Notes: a model not told the origin generated them from the sequence alone. A DNA stretch of 62,394 nucleotides from an uncultured Spirosoma sp. (GCA_964244155.1 CAXTJJ010000001.1:1-62394); one strand, 5' to 3'. Positions 31,272 to 41,166 are shown, counted from the stretch's first letter. Program-made: numbers and translations.

Positions 31272-31643
31272 TTACAACAGAGTCAGTTGAGTCAATTCAA
31301 TGGCTTGCCCCATGTAGCATTTAATCGATCCATTGACGATTTCAGGCTGGTAAAGGACTTGAGCTGAAAAACGTACCTTCTGCCCGTTAGCTATACTGGC
31401 GGGCAAATTACAAGGTACATAATTGGCGTTGGTCATATAAGGGGGAGGTAAGCTGATAAAGGCAAGCTTTTCGGCATAAATAATCGTGCCTACCTGATCA
31501 GTAATGGGCTGGATAGTTTTAGACTTAGCCAAACAGCCCATTTGCAGAGAGACTTCTTTAGGCAGCGTCACACTCATCCCCAGTTCGCGATACTGACAGG
31601 CCTGAAGGGCCACTACCAACAAGATTGTTAAACTTATGTTCAT
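31272..31643 (-). CDS. small lipoprotein
   Basis: Lipobox LQAC; PCNLP...GQKVRFS motif. Confidence 0.7.
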   Translation of the reverse strand: MNISLTILLVVALQACQYRELGMSVTLPKEVSLQMGCLAKSKTIQPITDQVGTIIYAEKLAFISLPPPYMTNANYVPCNLPASIANGQKVRFSAQVLYQPEIVNGSIKCYMGQAIELTQLTLL

Positions 31644-31746
31644 TGCTCAGTGCGTTTTTATGGAATGATGCTCAGCGGGTCGATTATGCACAAAAACCGG
31701 TATGTGAACTAGATAATGAGGCTGTTTTCAATCCCCTTTTTGACCC

Positions 31747-31789
31747 CGTATGCTCCTGGTTTCTGTGTACAGTAAACCAGGAGCATACG
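31747..31789. repeat. 16-bp perfect inverted repeat
   Basis: CGTATGCTCCTGGTTT / AAACCAGGAGCATACG with an 11-nt loop, between divergent genes. Confidence 0.8.
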
Positions 31790-31915
31790 CTTCACTGCTA
31801 GGAAACGGCAACCAACAATACAAATGAGATTCCAGACGTTTCCCGGTAGAGCCTAGTGAATCAGGCGCCTAACATAGTACGAGTTTATACACCCTTTGAC
31901 CGCCTCGTTTAAGTA

Positions 31916-32981
31916 ATGCGTCGCAACAGCCATCCCGTCACTAACAGCCAGGCAGGCAATCCATATGCTACTGGGTGGCTGACAAGGGAGCAGCGGATGG
32001 TGGCCCTACTCGTCGTATACCTCCTTTGTGTCAGCCCCGGGCTGGCTCAATCAACATCGCGGCCCGCTACCGCCCTGGATCAACTAACCACCTGGCGTCC
32101 TGTGCGAGAGGCTCGTTCGCCGAATAGGCATCAGGACCCCGCGCCTAAAGCCAATGAGTATCGTACACTAGCCGAGTTGACGCGCCGGACCAATCAGGGT
32201 AAGGCGCTGGAGTCGCTGCTCATTGACGTATCTATTCTTGACCAGGGCGGTCTACCTCAGTTGAGTGCTTTTCGCGCGGTACGGTCGCTTTACGTGCGTG
32301 GACTCGGAGCGAGTCAAGCTGATTCATTAGTGGCTATTGTGCAGGCGTGGCCCCGGCTCGAGCGGTTATCGATTGATATAACCCAGCATCGACCAACCCC
32401 CGCCCATCCCCTAGTGACTGACTAGTTTACCCCGTGGGCTCCAACATTGCCCCCGGCTCAGGGAGCTAAGCATTACCGAAGATGGACTGGGTTGGGAGGC
32501 GTTCCTGCCCACGCTGGCCAAGCTAAAAACGCTACGCCACCTCGACATCAGGCACCAGCGATCCATCGATAATCCTGGCCAACTTCCTGGTTTTGGGGCC
32601 CTGACCCACCTAGAGTCACTCCAACTAAGCGGGTGGTTGATCGGTCCCCAGACCTTTCAGGGCTTACGCCATCTAACGGACTTAACACTCATCAGCGATC
32701 AACTTGATCCAAAAACGTTTCGAACAACCCTTAACCAGGTACCCCACTTAGAATCCCTTATCCTATCCAACTGCAAAGGACTCTCCAGCCTTAGTCGACT
32801 GAAACGCTTACAAACAGTTGAGTTGACCTACAATGACGACTTACGGGTGGAGGAGGCTACCCTGGCCGGTTTAGCCCGCTTGAAACAGCTTACCGTTCGA
32901 AGCCCGCTGCTTTTTGGGTGCATGCTTGTCATCCGAATAGATACGTGCCCGGTCATGCCGGGGTATGCCTCTATTGTTTAG
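31916..32981 (+). pseudogene. exported leucine-rich-repeat protein, frameshifted and 3'-truncated
   Basis: LERLSI, LRELSI, LRHLDI, LESLQL, LTDLTL, LESLIL repeats across two frames; a GACT tandem duplication near 32416-32423 explains the shift. Confidence 0.75.
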
Positions 32982-33232
32982 GGAAATAAAATAGTCTCCC
33001 ATTCATTTTGTAATTGCTGGATGGGTTAGAATAGGGACTGGCCATCAAAAGCTTCCGTAGGTAAGAAAAGCGATCGACCGTCGGTGTCAATTAACTTAAT
33101 CGAGTGAAGTGACCAGCCCTGTTGCACAATCCCGGAGACTAATTCCATACATACTTCTAAATCAAAGCCGCTGGAACTACATTCATGATACTGGCCCCTG
33201 GGGTCAGTACATCAAAAGAGTAGGAACATCAT
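32978..33232 (-). pseudogene. small hypothetical gene with two in-frame stops (absent from the ORF track)
   Basis: 85-codon frame MMFLLF*CTDPRGQYHEC...LPTEAFDGQSLF*PIQQLQNEWETILFP*. Confidence 0.5.
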
Positions 33233-33489
33233 GACTGTACAACTTTTTTTAGCCTGTACTGTCACGGGTTCTTTTTGTAATTATCGCCTTATCTGTCAAC
33301 AAAGATTAGTTGGAAAGGTAGGAACTTGTGTGTTGATAAGGTACATGGCATGGTTCGACAATAGCGGACAGATGGGAATGGCCTGCCGCAGCAGTGAAAA
33401 GAGGAAAGAGGCGTTTAGTCACTTTGCAAGCGCTGGCAATAAGACCGCGGCAGCCGATCTAGTTTTTATAGATCGCTTTTAATCTCCAC

Positions 33490-33522
33490 AAAAAAGCCCA
33501 AGTTAAAATTAGCCAGGGCTTT
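33490..33522 (-). terminator. intrinsic terminator-like hairpin
   Basis: Minus strand AAAGCCC...GGGCTTTTTT. Confidence 0.55.
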
Positions 33523-34089
33523 CCGTCGCACCGCAACGGCGGACCGTGGGCGACCCCGCTCTATCCACACCATTTGAGGGTCATCTCACCCTCTAATTGT
33601 ATGAGTGTAAGGTGTTATTTAACTACTTAGTTCTATAGAATGACTAGATTAATTCGATTTTATTGCTTGTAAAACAAACGGCTCTGTCAATCCAATCAGC
33701 TGTGAGTGATTCTATGAAAGATTACTTTCAATTGCATTGGAATATCATTAAACTAAGTACCTCTCAGTGTTTTGTCATGAAGACTCTGCGCGTTACCGGG
33801 CCCATTCTAACCGGCCATGTGGGGCAACGCAACCAGAACTTCCCTCTGGACAAGGAGAACCAATTTGTGGTCTCAAATGTCTGATCGTTACTGATGTAGC
33901 ATCTATCTAAAAAAAACAGGGTGTTGGCTCGGGTGATCGACTAATCGTCCGATGAATACGACTAGTCATTCATCAATCAGCCTAGGTGGCTCTACTATTT
34001 TTTCGTCGTTACACGATGCAGGTGACTTCCACGCCCATTCTTGTTTAAGTACCAAAACCATATAGAAATTATCTGGACCCCGACTCTAC

Positions 34090-34260
34090 GTCAATTCGCT
34101 GAAAAGTGCAACTATACGTTTTCCTTGCATCGACTGGAATTGCTTCCCCGCCGGGTGCGGAATCCATATTCATTCAACGTAGTCATAATGCCCTTTCAAG
34201 TTTCCCCTACCCCTCTTAGAAATTGGGCAAACTCAGCTACACAGCCATTGCTCTCTGGCT
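34090..34260 (-). pseudogene. remnant of a serine-recombinase C-terminal DNA-binding region
   Basis: Minus strand EFAQFLRGVGET*KGIMTTLNEYGFRTRRG, then (frameshift) KQFQSMQGKRIV, aligns with ELNNAGFTTSRGCEFQATQVMRL of 35589-36305. Boundaries approximate. Confidence 0.65.
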
Positions 34261-34428
34261 CACTTTCATTTGGCTATCTTTCTTATAAACCCTTTTGGAG
34301 TAGTGTTTTGAGATAGACAAATCTTGTAACCCTTTTTAAGACTAGGCAACCTGTGGATGTCAGAATCAAAAAAGGGAAATATTACCCTACTTTTTTGGAT
34401 TTTCACTACGTTGATTGGAATTGTGTAT

Positions 34429-34490
34429 GTTCCACGGGTATATTACAAGGCTTGAACGTCCGTTTAAGCCTTGTAATATACCCGTGGAAC
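34429..34490. repeat. 62-bp near-perfect palindrome
   Basis: 30-bp arms GTTCCACGGGTATATTACAAGGCTTGAACG / CGTTTAAGCCTTGTAATATACCCGTGGAAC, one mismatch, 2-nt centre. Confidence 0.95.
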
Positions 34491-34647
34491 GCTTATATTT
34501 ATGTCGCTTAAGTAGATTGAGAATTATACTAGCACTGACCATAAATTAAAAAACATGCCCAAGATGCGCGGAATGTTTCAGGATGAGTACTAGAAAACAA
34601 TAATCAGCATTCACAATTTCCGAGTCTAAACCATTCATCAATTATCA

Positions 34648-34963
34648 ATGCAAGAATTCCTGATCTACTTCCTCAGCCACATGCCAACCAATGATCAGTG
34701 GCTTGCTTTCCTGCTTATTAATCTGGTCGCTTATGTAGCAGCGCAAAACACAGTGCTCCGCCGGGAGCGCCGAGCTGAGGAAAAAGCGGCCGCCGAGTGG
34801 GTAAAGCAAATGGAGGCCGAGCGCAGGGTAGGTACATAACGAGTTGATAGACGAACTGGATCAGCGCAATAAAGAGTACTGGACCATGATTCAAAAACAG
34901 TCCAATCAGATCGAGCGGCTAACCAATCAGATTAATGCCGCCCGAACAATTCACCTCAACTAA
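34648..34963 (+). pseudogene. membrane-anchored coiled-coil protein frameshifted by a 4-bp duplication
   Basis: GGTA-GGTA at 34827-34834; removing one copy extends the ORF with HNELIDELDQRNKEYW...RTIHLN to TAA at 34963. Confidence 0.6.
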
Positions 34964-35014
34964 TTCGTTTCGGTTACTCATTGCGGCATCACGAGTAAAG
35001 GTCAAAAAATCAGC

Positions 35015-35422
35015 ATGGATTTTACTGATTATAAAGAGCTCATCCGTCACCTGGCCTACGAGTGGGCGAAGGTCGAACTACCCGGGGCGGGATTACTCTA
35101 TACGGATTACATCCGAATTATTGGTCAACTGCTCACGGCGACCCAAAGCCATGAACGGACCGAATACATATTCATGGGTATCTTAAAGCAGGCTGTCGAG
35201 TTGGGCAAAAGCTCAGCTTGGATTGAACGGGAAATCAGGTTCGAGGAACTGGCGGAGGCCGTGAATCGGACGGACTTGGTACGCCTTCAGCTAAATTACA
35301 GTGACCCGATTGACGATAGTGCCCTGGATAATTACAATGAACGAAAACAGGAACGACTGGTTTCTCCTCATCGATTTTGTTGCTGGATTGCCTTTCTGAA
35401 CAATCATCGTTGGTGCGTATGA
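35015..35422 (+). CDS. hypothetical all-helical protein
   Basis: 135-aa ORF with protein-like composition, co-oriented with the recombinase; no recognised motif. Confidence 0.65.
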   Translation: MDFTDYKELIRHLAYEWAKVELPGAGLLYTDYIRIIGQLLTATQSHERTEYIFMGILKQAVELGKSSAWIEREIRFEELAEAVNRTDLVRLQLNYSDPIDDSALDNYNERKQERLVSPHRFCCWIAFLNNHRWCV

Positions 35423-35588
35423 ACGGCTTACCCTGGCAGAAGCTCAGTTTCGTCAGGCAGACTTAACCAATCGATCTCAAGGGATCAAGTTTAAAATAAA
35501 CAGCGTATTCTCAGCTGATAAAGATGGCAGTCTGCCTGATGGCTCGTCATTGTTGAGTAAATGTATTCATTTGTAGCAACTGCTTACT

Positions 35589-36305
35589 ATGGCAAAGAAA
35601 TCAACCGCACGGCGGACCGTCCTTATGGCAGGAACAGTTCCTGCCCAAAAACCATATGTTGCTTATTACCGGGTATCCACCCGGGCGCAGGGCGATTCGG
35701 GTTTAGGTTTGGAGGTCCAGCGTACGGCCGTGGCTAACTTTGTGAAGGGGGCCATCGTTGCAGAGTTTACCGAGGTTGAATCCGGGAAAAACAACCAACG
35801 GATCCAGCTGACAGCGGCCATCGATCGGGCCAAAAAAGAGGGGGCCGTATTGATCATTGCCAAGCTCGACCGGCTAAGCCGCAATGCTTCGTTTATCTTC
35901 ACACTTCGGGATTCAGGTGTCAACTTCCAGTGTGTGGATATGCCTGATGCCAATACGCTGACCATCGGCATCTTTGCGACCCTGGCTCAGCACGAACGGG
36001 AACTAATCAGCTCACGAACGAAGGTAGCCCTCGATGCAAAACGGGCGCAGGGAGCCGTTCTTGGTAAGCCCGAAAATATGACTCTTGAGGCTCAACTGAA
36101 AGGGGCAGCGGCTACACGTCGGGCGGCCCTTGAGAATAAGGATAACCGCCGGGCTACATCGATGATTGAGATGATGCGTAAAGCGGGTAAGAATTACAGC
36201 GAAATCGCCATTGAACTCAATAATGCTGGATTCACCACATCAAGAGGTTGTGAGTTTCAGGCCACTCAGGTTATGCGATTGATAAAGCGTCAATTAACCT
36301 TATGA
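35589..36305 (+). CDS. serine recombinase, resolvase/invertase family
   Basis: YYRVST catalytic Ser, EVESG, AKLDRLSRN, ERELISSRT; C-terminal HTH-like region. Confidence 0.93.
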   Translation: MAKKSTARRTVLMAGTVPAQKPYVAYYRVSTRAQGDSGLGLEVQRTAVANFVKGAIVAEFTEVESGKNNQRIQLTAAIDRAKKEGAVLIIAKLDRLSRNASFIFTLRDSGVNFQCVDMPDANTLTIGIFATLAQHERELISSRTKVALDAKRAQGAVLGKPENMTLEAQLKGAAATRRAALENKDNRRATSMIEMMRKAGKNYSEIAIELNNAGFTTSRGCEFQATQVMRLIKRQLTL

Positions 36306-36384
36306 AGTAAGGGATTATAAAGAATAGAAGTAGCTGTGTGTGCTACTATGTGTCGAAAGTACAAACTTTTACCAGTTGTTTCTA

Positions 36385-36450
36385 TAGTCATTTAGTCAAC
36401 ATGTCAATTAAATATTATATCATTTAATTGACATGTTGACTAAATGACTA
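36385..36450. repeat. 66-bp palindrome with perfect 29-bp arms
   Basis: TAGTCATTTAGTCAACATGTCAATTAAAT, an 8-nt loop, then its exact reverse complement. Confidence 0.95.
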
Positions 36451-36557
36451 GCTACTAGGGGCGGCTAACACAGTTGGGACGATCCGCCCCAGTCGTACGA
36501 TTTTGTATAAAGACCCCGCCACCCTTTTCGTCTGTGCTGCCTATACTTGATTCGTTC

Positions 36558-37286
36558 TCAAACTTCCCGAAGATATAACGTGGTAATGCCTTGGCGAAGC
36601 TGAATGGGGTAGTTTTTCAACTCGCGGTCAATCAATTTGTGGTCATGAGGCACCGGTTCAGAAATGTACTCGAGATCAATGAAGATGATGTTGAGCCGTT
36701 CATGCACTTCATGACCCGCCCGCTCGGTATGTTTTAGCAAATGCTCGCTGGAGGTGGTCGTTTTCATGGTAGCCAGATCATCAAAATAGCGATAGGTACA
36801 GTACCAGTAGTAATACTTGTGGTAATAATTGGAAAAGCAGGCTTGGTAGGCATCGGGTTGCTCCCGGATAGTACGCAATAGCTCATCGGTCTGTTTTAGT
36901 TCTTTGAGCTGGCCCACACTGAGTTGTTCCATCAGGGATCGGTTTAGCAATTCATCGCGGTAATTCTTGATGTGCTGCACCACATCGCCGTGGGTAACCG
37001 AGCGTTCAATGGAATATTTGTGCTTATAAAAGAAAGAAAGCGAAATGGCTGGTTTGTCATAATTGACCAGTTTGAGGTTTTTCAGGGGCTTACCGGGCCG
37101 ATTGTAAGCCTGATACTGCTTCATATATTGCATGGGAATGAAGTAGTATTCCAGGTGCTGATCCGTTGGGGGTGGATTGCTAATCTGGTTGATGCCTGGG
37201 GTCAAGGTAATAGCTTGGGTTTTAAGGACTGTACGGAGTCCCTCCAGGGGTGCTTCGTCGTCTCGTTTTGCGGGTTTTTTTGCCAT
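36558..37286 (-). CDS. hypothetical protein divergent from rep
   Basis: 242-aa Tyr-rich ORF with a TACTTTTG promoter element at 37312-37319. Confidence 0.75.
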   Translation of the reverse strand: MAKKPAKRDDEAPLEGLRTVLKTQAITLTPGINQISNPPPTDQHLEYYFIPMQYMKQYQAYNRPGKPLKNLKLVNYDKPAISLSFFYKHKYSIERSVTHGDVVQHIKNYRDELLNRSLMEQLSVGQLKELKQTDELLRTIREQPDAYQACFSNYYHKYYYWYCTYRYFDDLATMKTTTSSEHLLKHTERAGHEVHERLNIIFIDLEYISEPVPHDHKLIDRELKNYPIQLRQGITTLYLREV

Positions 37287-37454
37287 AAATTAGTAAGTGC
37301 TTTATTTACTACAAAAGTAAATAAATACGTTAAACTTTTTTTCTTTTCCCTTTCCAAAAAAGGTTTGATCATTATCCTTTTTATCAATAAGTTTTTTGAT
37401 TGATTTAGGAGCCTATCAATGGTCTCTTAATCAATAGATTATAATAAGAAAACG

Positions 37455-37770
37455 GAGGTTTAGACTAACGAAAACAGAGATTTGGACTAATATAAATTTG
37501 GGATAACAGAGTTTCGGACTACTTAAAGCAGAGGTTTGGAATAGCGAAAAAAGAGGTTTGGACTACATGTAATTGAATAAGGAGATTTAGACTAACCTTT
37601 CAATATCCTATTATAATTACTGAAGAAAGGGCTGATTTTGGCCATTATTTACAAGTAAAGTACAGTTGAAGCTAAGAAAAATATAACATTCGCCCTCTTC
37701 AATTTGTGACAAAGCGGAGGTTCGGACTAGTATTATAAATACAAAAAGATGAAAAAGGAGGTTTGGACTA
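37455..37770 (+). repeat. iteron array / plasmid replication origin
   Basis: Eight direct 13-mers, consensus GAGGTTTGGACTA, at 37455, 37477, 37509, 37531, 37553, 37582, 37717 and 37758, in AT-rich DNA upstream of rep. Confidence 0.88.
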
Positions 37771-37975
37771 GATAAAAAGGTACATTTTTTTAAATCTAAG
37801 TCTTTGATTATTAATTATATGCCTCATAATTTTTGTAACTTCCCCTTATATTGATCACTTGTTATAGCATACGTCAAAGTTTATAATTATTGAGGAGGTT
37901 GTTAAAGTGTCTTCTGTTTATTATTTTTGATAGTATAGTTCGACTCAGCTTGTCATATATTCCTGCTATTAGATC

Positions 37976-39106
37976 ATGGAAGACAATTATAATAATGATG
38001 GTCAATTACCACTAGTATTTAAGAAGCGACCAACTAATTATCAACCTAACGTCTTTACTGAATCAAGACAAGAGTTTACAGAACTTGAAAAGAAAATTGT
38101 CACACTTGTCGTTAACCAGATTGGTCATCAGGCGTTGAGGGGCGGCACTCAATTAGGTGGAGATATGGTTTTCAGGGTTCCTTTTCTAGAGCTAACTAAA
38201 ACCAACAATCACAGTAAAATAGCTGACGCGGCCGAATCATTACAGTCCAAACGGTTGATCTATCGCAATGATAAAACGCATCAGCTTGACATTATTACTC
38301 CCTTCCCTAGAATACGATTTGATTTAATCGATGGCCAACGGATTATTGAATTGACAATGTTCTCAGCCGTCGTTCCTCATTTTGCAGAACTAGGTCAACG
38401 TTATACGAAGTATGACATCGACGTTATGCTCTCGCTTTCTTCGGTGTATTCCCAGCGTATGTTCGAAATAGTAAGTATGTATCATAACCGGGGACAGCAT
38501 CAATTTACTTATGTTGTTAGTCGCTTAATGGAGATGCTAAATTGTCCGGCTCAATACACGTTTAATGATTTTAGGAAGAATTCATTAGTGATCGCCCAAC
38601 GAGAACTACAGCAGAAAGCAAATATTAATCTTGAATGGACCCCAAGCCGTAAGGAAGGTAAGAGGATTGTTGAGTTAACGTTCATTATTAAATCTTCGCA
38701 ACAACTAGCGTTGGAAGGGATTAAGCAGGATCGTCAAGCCATCAACCAAATGTCGATTAACGAAGCTGTTACTACCGCTTGGCAGTTGATGAAAAACTAT
38801 AAACTTAAGAGTTGGCAGAAAGAACTCATTGTCTCTGACCATTCTCTGTTAGAAACTTTCTACCGCGTCGATTCTGAACTGGCCAACGGTTTGCGTTCCA
38901 ACGTAAAGAATCCAACCGCCTATTTGGTTAAATCCTTGGGCATTGAGCATCATAAAGCCCCTAAGCAAGCACCCCCAACAAAAGCTCCAATACCCGCACC
39001 CCTCCTTCCCTTAAACTACGAGGCCCGCTCAGCCACTACTCAATCAATGGCTTCGATATTGGGAGCAATGATGATGGAAGAATCCCCAAAGAAAACCTTA
39101 AAATGA
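37976..39106 (+). CDS. plasmid replication initiator (Rep_3/RepB winged-helix family)
   Basis: QPNVFTESRQEFTELEKKI, YTKYD...LSSVYSQRMFE, KEGKRIVELTF; adjacent iterons. Confidence 0.88.
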   Translation: MEDNYNNDGQLPLVFKKRPTNYQPNVFTESRQEFTELEKKIVTLVVNQIGHQALRGGTQLGGDMVFRVPFLELTKTNNHSKIADAAESLQSKRLIYRNDKTHQLDIITPFPRIRFDLIDGQRIIELTMFSAVVPHFAELGQRYTKYDIDVMLSLSSVYSQRMFEIVSMYHNRGQHQFTYVVSRLMEMLNCPAQYTFNDFRKNSLVIAQRELQQKANINLEWTPSRKEGKRIVELTFIIKSSQQLALEGIKQDRQAINQMSINEAVTTAWQLMKNYKLKSWQKELIVSDHSLLETFYRVDSELANGLRSNVKNPTAYLVKSLGIEHHKAPKQAPPTKAPIPAPLLPLNYEARSATTQSMASILGAMMMEESPKKTLK

Positions 39107-39609
39107 AGTAAGTCGAAAAAGGGTTCTTTGTGTAAGCGATCGATTTTATACCTTCAGCACTGTAAATGAGACAGTTAAGACAATCTACCGCTTCCATACA
39201 ACCACAATTGAGGGTATATAATAGGCTGTACGATAACGACCTACTGAAAATTTTATACTATTAACGTTTCGAAAAGGTAGCTATACGATAACACAAAAAC
39301 CTATACGACTCATTCATAGATAGCCGACTGAATTTAGCCAAACTACGAGTAAATACCCGTCAGCCGAACTCTAGTTTGACTAAGCTATATAGGCTGTAAT
39401 CAGGTTAGCGTGACTAAACAGAATCCGATAGTGAAATCCGACAAACCAAACCCAATCCATACTGCTCAGTCAACCCCTCCACAACCTGCCAAGCCACTTA
39501 GGCCCAAATGCCCTCGCCTCAAAAAGACAAATTAAAACCAACATTGGTCTATACAGGATAGATATGGGAAAAAGATCGGGCCTCGATTCCGTCATTTGGG
39601 AGAAAAGCA

Positions 39610-39740
39610 GTCTCACAAACTCAGCTAAAATGTGAGATTTTGAATTTGATTCGTGAGATGCCAATTTGAGACTGGAACTCCAACAGATTGACTTTGCCAG
39701 AACAATGACGGTATCTATTGCTTAAAATGGGCGTTTTACG
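39610..39740. repeat. res-like site family B, copy 1
   Basis: TCTCACA...TGTGAGA inverted pair plus CTTAAAATGGGCGTTT (39721-39736), identical to 60679-60694. Confidence 0.5.
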
Positions 39741-39837
39741 ATACCTTGGATTAGGTGAATAAAGTGCCTGGCAAGGTCAGTTCAGCCCCACAACTGGAAG
39801 GTTCCCAAGACGCTTAGACATGAGCGAAGTGCATTTA

Positions 39838-40179
39838 CTAGAAGGTCTCAGTAATTCTCTTTTTATGACCTTTGCCCCATTCGGCCATGGGCCCAGCGAC
39901 CGTATCTATACTTAAACAATGATCGGTCACCGTATATTCAATGCGAACTGGATAGGCATCCACAATTGTCCGCTTAAGCATCAGATTCTCTTCTAAATGC
40001 TTCAGTTCCTTGGAGAGTACCCGGTTAGTAATGTGCGGAATAGAATGAGCAATATCATTGAAACGGCGGTTGCCGCTATAGACCGATAAGATGATGGGGA
40101 TTTTCCATTTGCCGCCAATCACATACATCGTATCCTGTATGGCTCTTATCTTTTCCTGAAATGATTCGTCGTTTTCCAC
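39838..40179 (-). CDS. HxlR-family winged-helix regulator
   Basis: IGGKWKIPII, RRFNDI, LSKELKHLE, PVRIEYTVT. Confidence 0.92.
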   Translation of the reverse strand: MENDESFQEKIRAIQDTMYVIGGKWKIPIILSVYSGNRRFNDIAHSIPHITNRVLSKELKHLEENLMLKRTIVDAYPVRIEYTVTDHCLSIDTVAGPMAEWGKGHKKRITETF

Positions 40180-40265
40180 CCTTTTAAGTATCCTTTAGTA
40201 TACAGGTATCAAATGTATACTTTTTTGCTATACGTTTGCCGCCGTACTCTAAAATCGAAAGTCAA

Positions 40266-41063
40266 ATGAAAACGATCTTCATTACCGGTTCCTCGTCTGG
40301 CATTGGCAAAGCCGCCACCAAATTATTTCAGTCAAGAGGTTGGCAGGTCATGGCTACCATGCGGAATCCCGACCAGGAAACCGAATTAACACAGCTCAAA
40401 AATGTAACGATCTTGCCATTGGATGTGACTAATAGCGACCAAATAAAAGCAGCGGTCGAGAAAGCGATTTCGTTAAGTACCATCGATGTCGTCCTCAACA
40501 ACGCGGGACATGGGTTGTTTGGCCCCGTGGAAGCGGTTAGTGATGAACAGATTCAACGACAGATTAATACGAATGTGCTAGGCCCCGTGCACATCATTCA
40601 AGCCTTTATTCCTTATTTCAGAGAGAAGGGAACAGGCTTATTTATCAACACCACGTCGATGGCAGGTCTTACGGGCTTCCCCTTAAGTAGTATGTATAAT
40701 GCCACCAAGTGGGCACTTGAAGGCTTTAGTGAGTGTTTATCCATTGAGTTGTCTCCGTTTGGCATTGGTGTTAAGACCGTTTCACCCGATGCCACCAATA
40801 CCAATCTTTTCCGCTCAGCGGACGTTATATCTCACCCCTTGTATGAGGGTGCCATCCAAAAAATGTTGGGCGGGATTGCGGCCTCTATTCCACCTGAAGC
40901 CATTGCAGAGGTTATATATGGGGCGGCCACTGACGATAAAGACCAATTGCGTTATCCGGCTGGCGGTGCTGCTCAACAGATTTATGCAAGACGGTTGGAG
41001 ATTGGACCAGAGGCTTCACGACAAGAAACAACTCAGTGGTTTTTGAGCTTACAAAATGGCTGA
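40266..41063 (+). CDS. short-chain dehydrogenase/reductase
   Basis: TGSSSGIG, NNAG, YNATK; start at ATG 40266; TACGTTTG at 40231-40238. Confidence 0.93.
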   Translation: MKTIFITGSSSGIGKAATKLFQSRGWQVMATMRNPDQETELTQLKNVTILPLDVTNSDQIKAAVEKAISLSTIDVVLNNAGHGLFGPVEAVSDEQIQRQINTNVLGPVHIIQAFIPYFREKGTGLFINTTSMAGLTGFPLSSMYNATKWALEGFSECLSIELSPFGIGVKTVSPDATNTNLFRSADVISHPLYEGAIQKMLGGIAASIPPEAIAEVIYGAATDDKDQLRYPAGGAAQQIYARRLEIGPEASRQETTQWFLSLQNG

Positions 41064-41166
41064 TTACTAACCGACGACCTATTTAGGAGTGTGTTGTAGG
41101 GCCGCTACGACAAACGGATCTGCTTTATGCTGCTGTTGGCGGCCCTATTAGTGTTCTTTTGGCATT

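Noticed and set aside
5748-33232. Stop-codon reassignment or programmed readthrough
   Set aside because: Internal stops are a mix of TAG, TAA and TGA and co-occur with frameshifts, while intact genes end with all three codons; decay or error fits better.
34428-34490. Chromosomal-type parS (TGTTCCACGTGGAACA)
   Set aside because: Only half-sites occur at the palindrome ends, more than 40 bp apart; the contiguous 16-mer is absent.
35453-35539. MITE bounded by 11-bp inverted repeats TCAGGCAGACT
   Set aside because: Single copy with no target-site duplication seen.
37455-37770. CRISPR array
   Set aside because: Repeats are degenerate 13-mers with mostly 9-28 bp gaps next to rep, and no cas genes are present; these are iterons.
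39300-39450. Second iteron cluster downstream of rep (TAGCCGAC, TAGCCAAAC, CAGCCGAAC)
   Set aside because: Too short and degenerate to separate from chance by eye.
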